A program made the translations under genes and the position numbers. From assembly GCA_004764695.1 (NCBI GenBank), contig SMSO01000014.1:3281648-3345647 (forward strand): a DNA stretch of 64,000 nt, in the 5' to 3' direction. Each line of letters opens with the position of its first letter. Within the stretch, counting starts at the first letter, position 1. Positions 63,761-64,000 of the stretch are shown piece by piece. The stretch is from Schizochytrium sp. TIO01 (Eukaryota; Protista; Bigyra: Labyrinthulomycetes). The notes under the pieces were generated by a model. The model made no database searches. It worked only from the letters and a program-made list of their open reading frames with translations, and was not told the origin of the DNA.

Positions 63761-64000
63761 TCACGCGTCAGCACCTGAAGCATCAAGTAAGCGACTAGCG
63801 TGTTTCCAATGAGATGGTGCTGCAAGTGGTTTGGTAAGTAAATCAGCTATATTTTCTGTGCCTTTAACATGATGTACCTTGAGTAATTGGTTTTGTCTTC
63901 GATGAATCAGTACTGCTAGTTGTACTGCGAGATAACCATTTGTACCATTAACTTCTTCCTTTTTGATTGTGTTTACTAATGCTTGACAATCTATACATAC
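63761..64000 (-). CDS. pol: Ty1/copia Pol C-terminus (RNase H), 5'-partial
   Basis: Open frame VCIDCQALVNTIKKEEVNGTNGYLAVQLAVLIHRRQNQLLKVHHVKGTENIADLLTKPLAAPSHWKHASRLLDASGADA* with the diagnostic copia RNase H motif HVxxxENIADLLTKPL. Not in the ORF track because there is no start in the window. Confidence 0.92.
   Translation of the reverse strand, partial: VCIDCQALVNTIKKEEVNGTNGYLAVQLAVLIHRRQNQLLKVHHVKGTENIADLLTKPLAAPSHWKHASRLLDASGADA

Noticed and set aside
1-64000. tRNA, rRNA, CRISPR arrays, viral or prokaryotic genes
   Set aside because: No cloverleaf with A/B boxes, no rRNA-conserved motifs, no repeat-spacer array and no dense ORF block were seen.

Overview
Eukaryotic, almost gene-free window. 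The protein family at the left edge and the dense tetranucleotide microsatellites suggest a stramenopile such as a thraustochytrid or labyrinthulomycete (inference). There is one credible host gene: a minus-strand ORF starting at 722 that runs off the left edge and is missed by the ORF track. It encodes an uncharacterised Cys/His/Trp-motif domain (YQRNNK..G.KNLRCFPSC...H..GFCG...GWHYGW...HVLRAYIF...STPFKV..RRR) that may be an Ig-fold DNA-binding domain. Its 5' side is a ~59 kb gene desert. The desert alternates GC-rich, (GCAA)n/(GAAT)n-rich modules with microsatellite-poor tracts next to very AT-rich islands. These tracts hold heavily decayed transposon relics (PIF/Harbinger, MULE, hAT, Tc1/IS630, Ulp1-like protease), all read by eye at low to moderate confidence. 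From ~60.3 kb the microsatellites vanish and stacked Ty1/copia relics begin. The window ends in the 3' end of a better preserved copia element (RNase H, PPT, and a 193-bp LTR with non-canonical TATTG...CAATA ends and a TTAGG tract) inserted into an older copia RT. No rRNA, tRNA or CRISPR array was found. Most entries in the ORF track are spurious read-throughs of microsatellites or relics.
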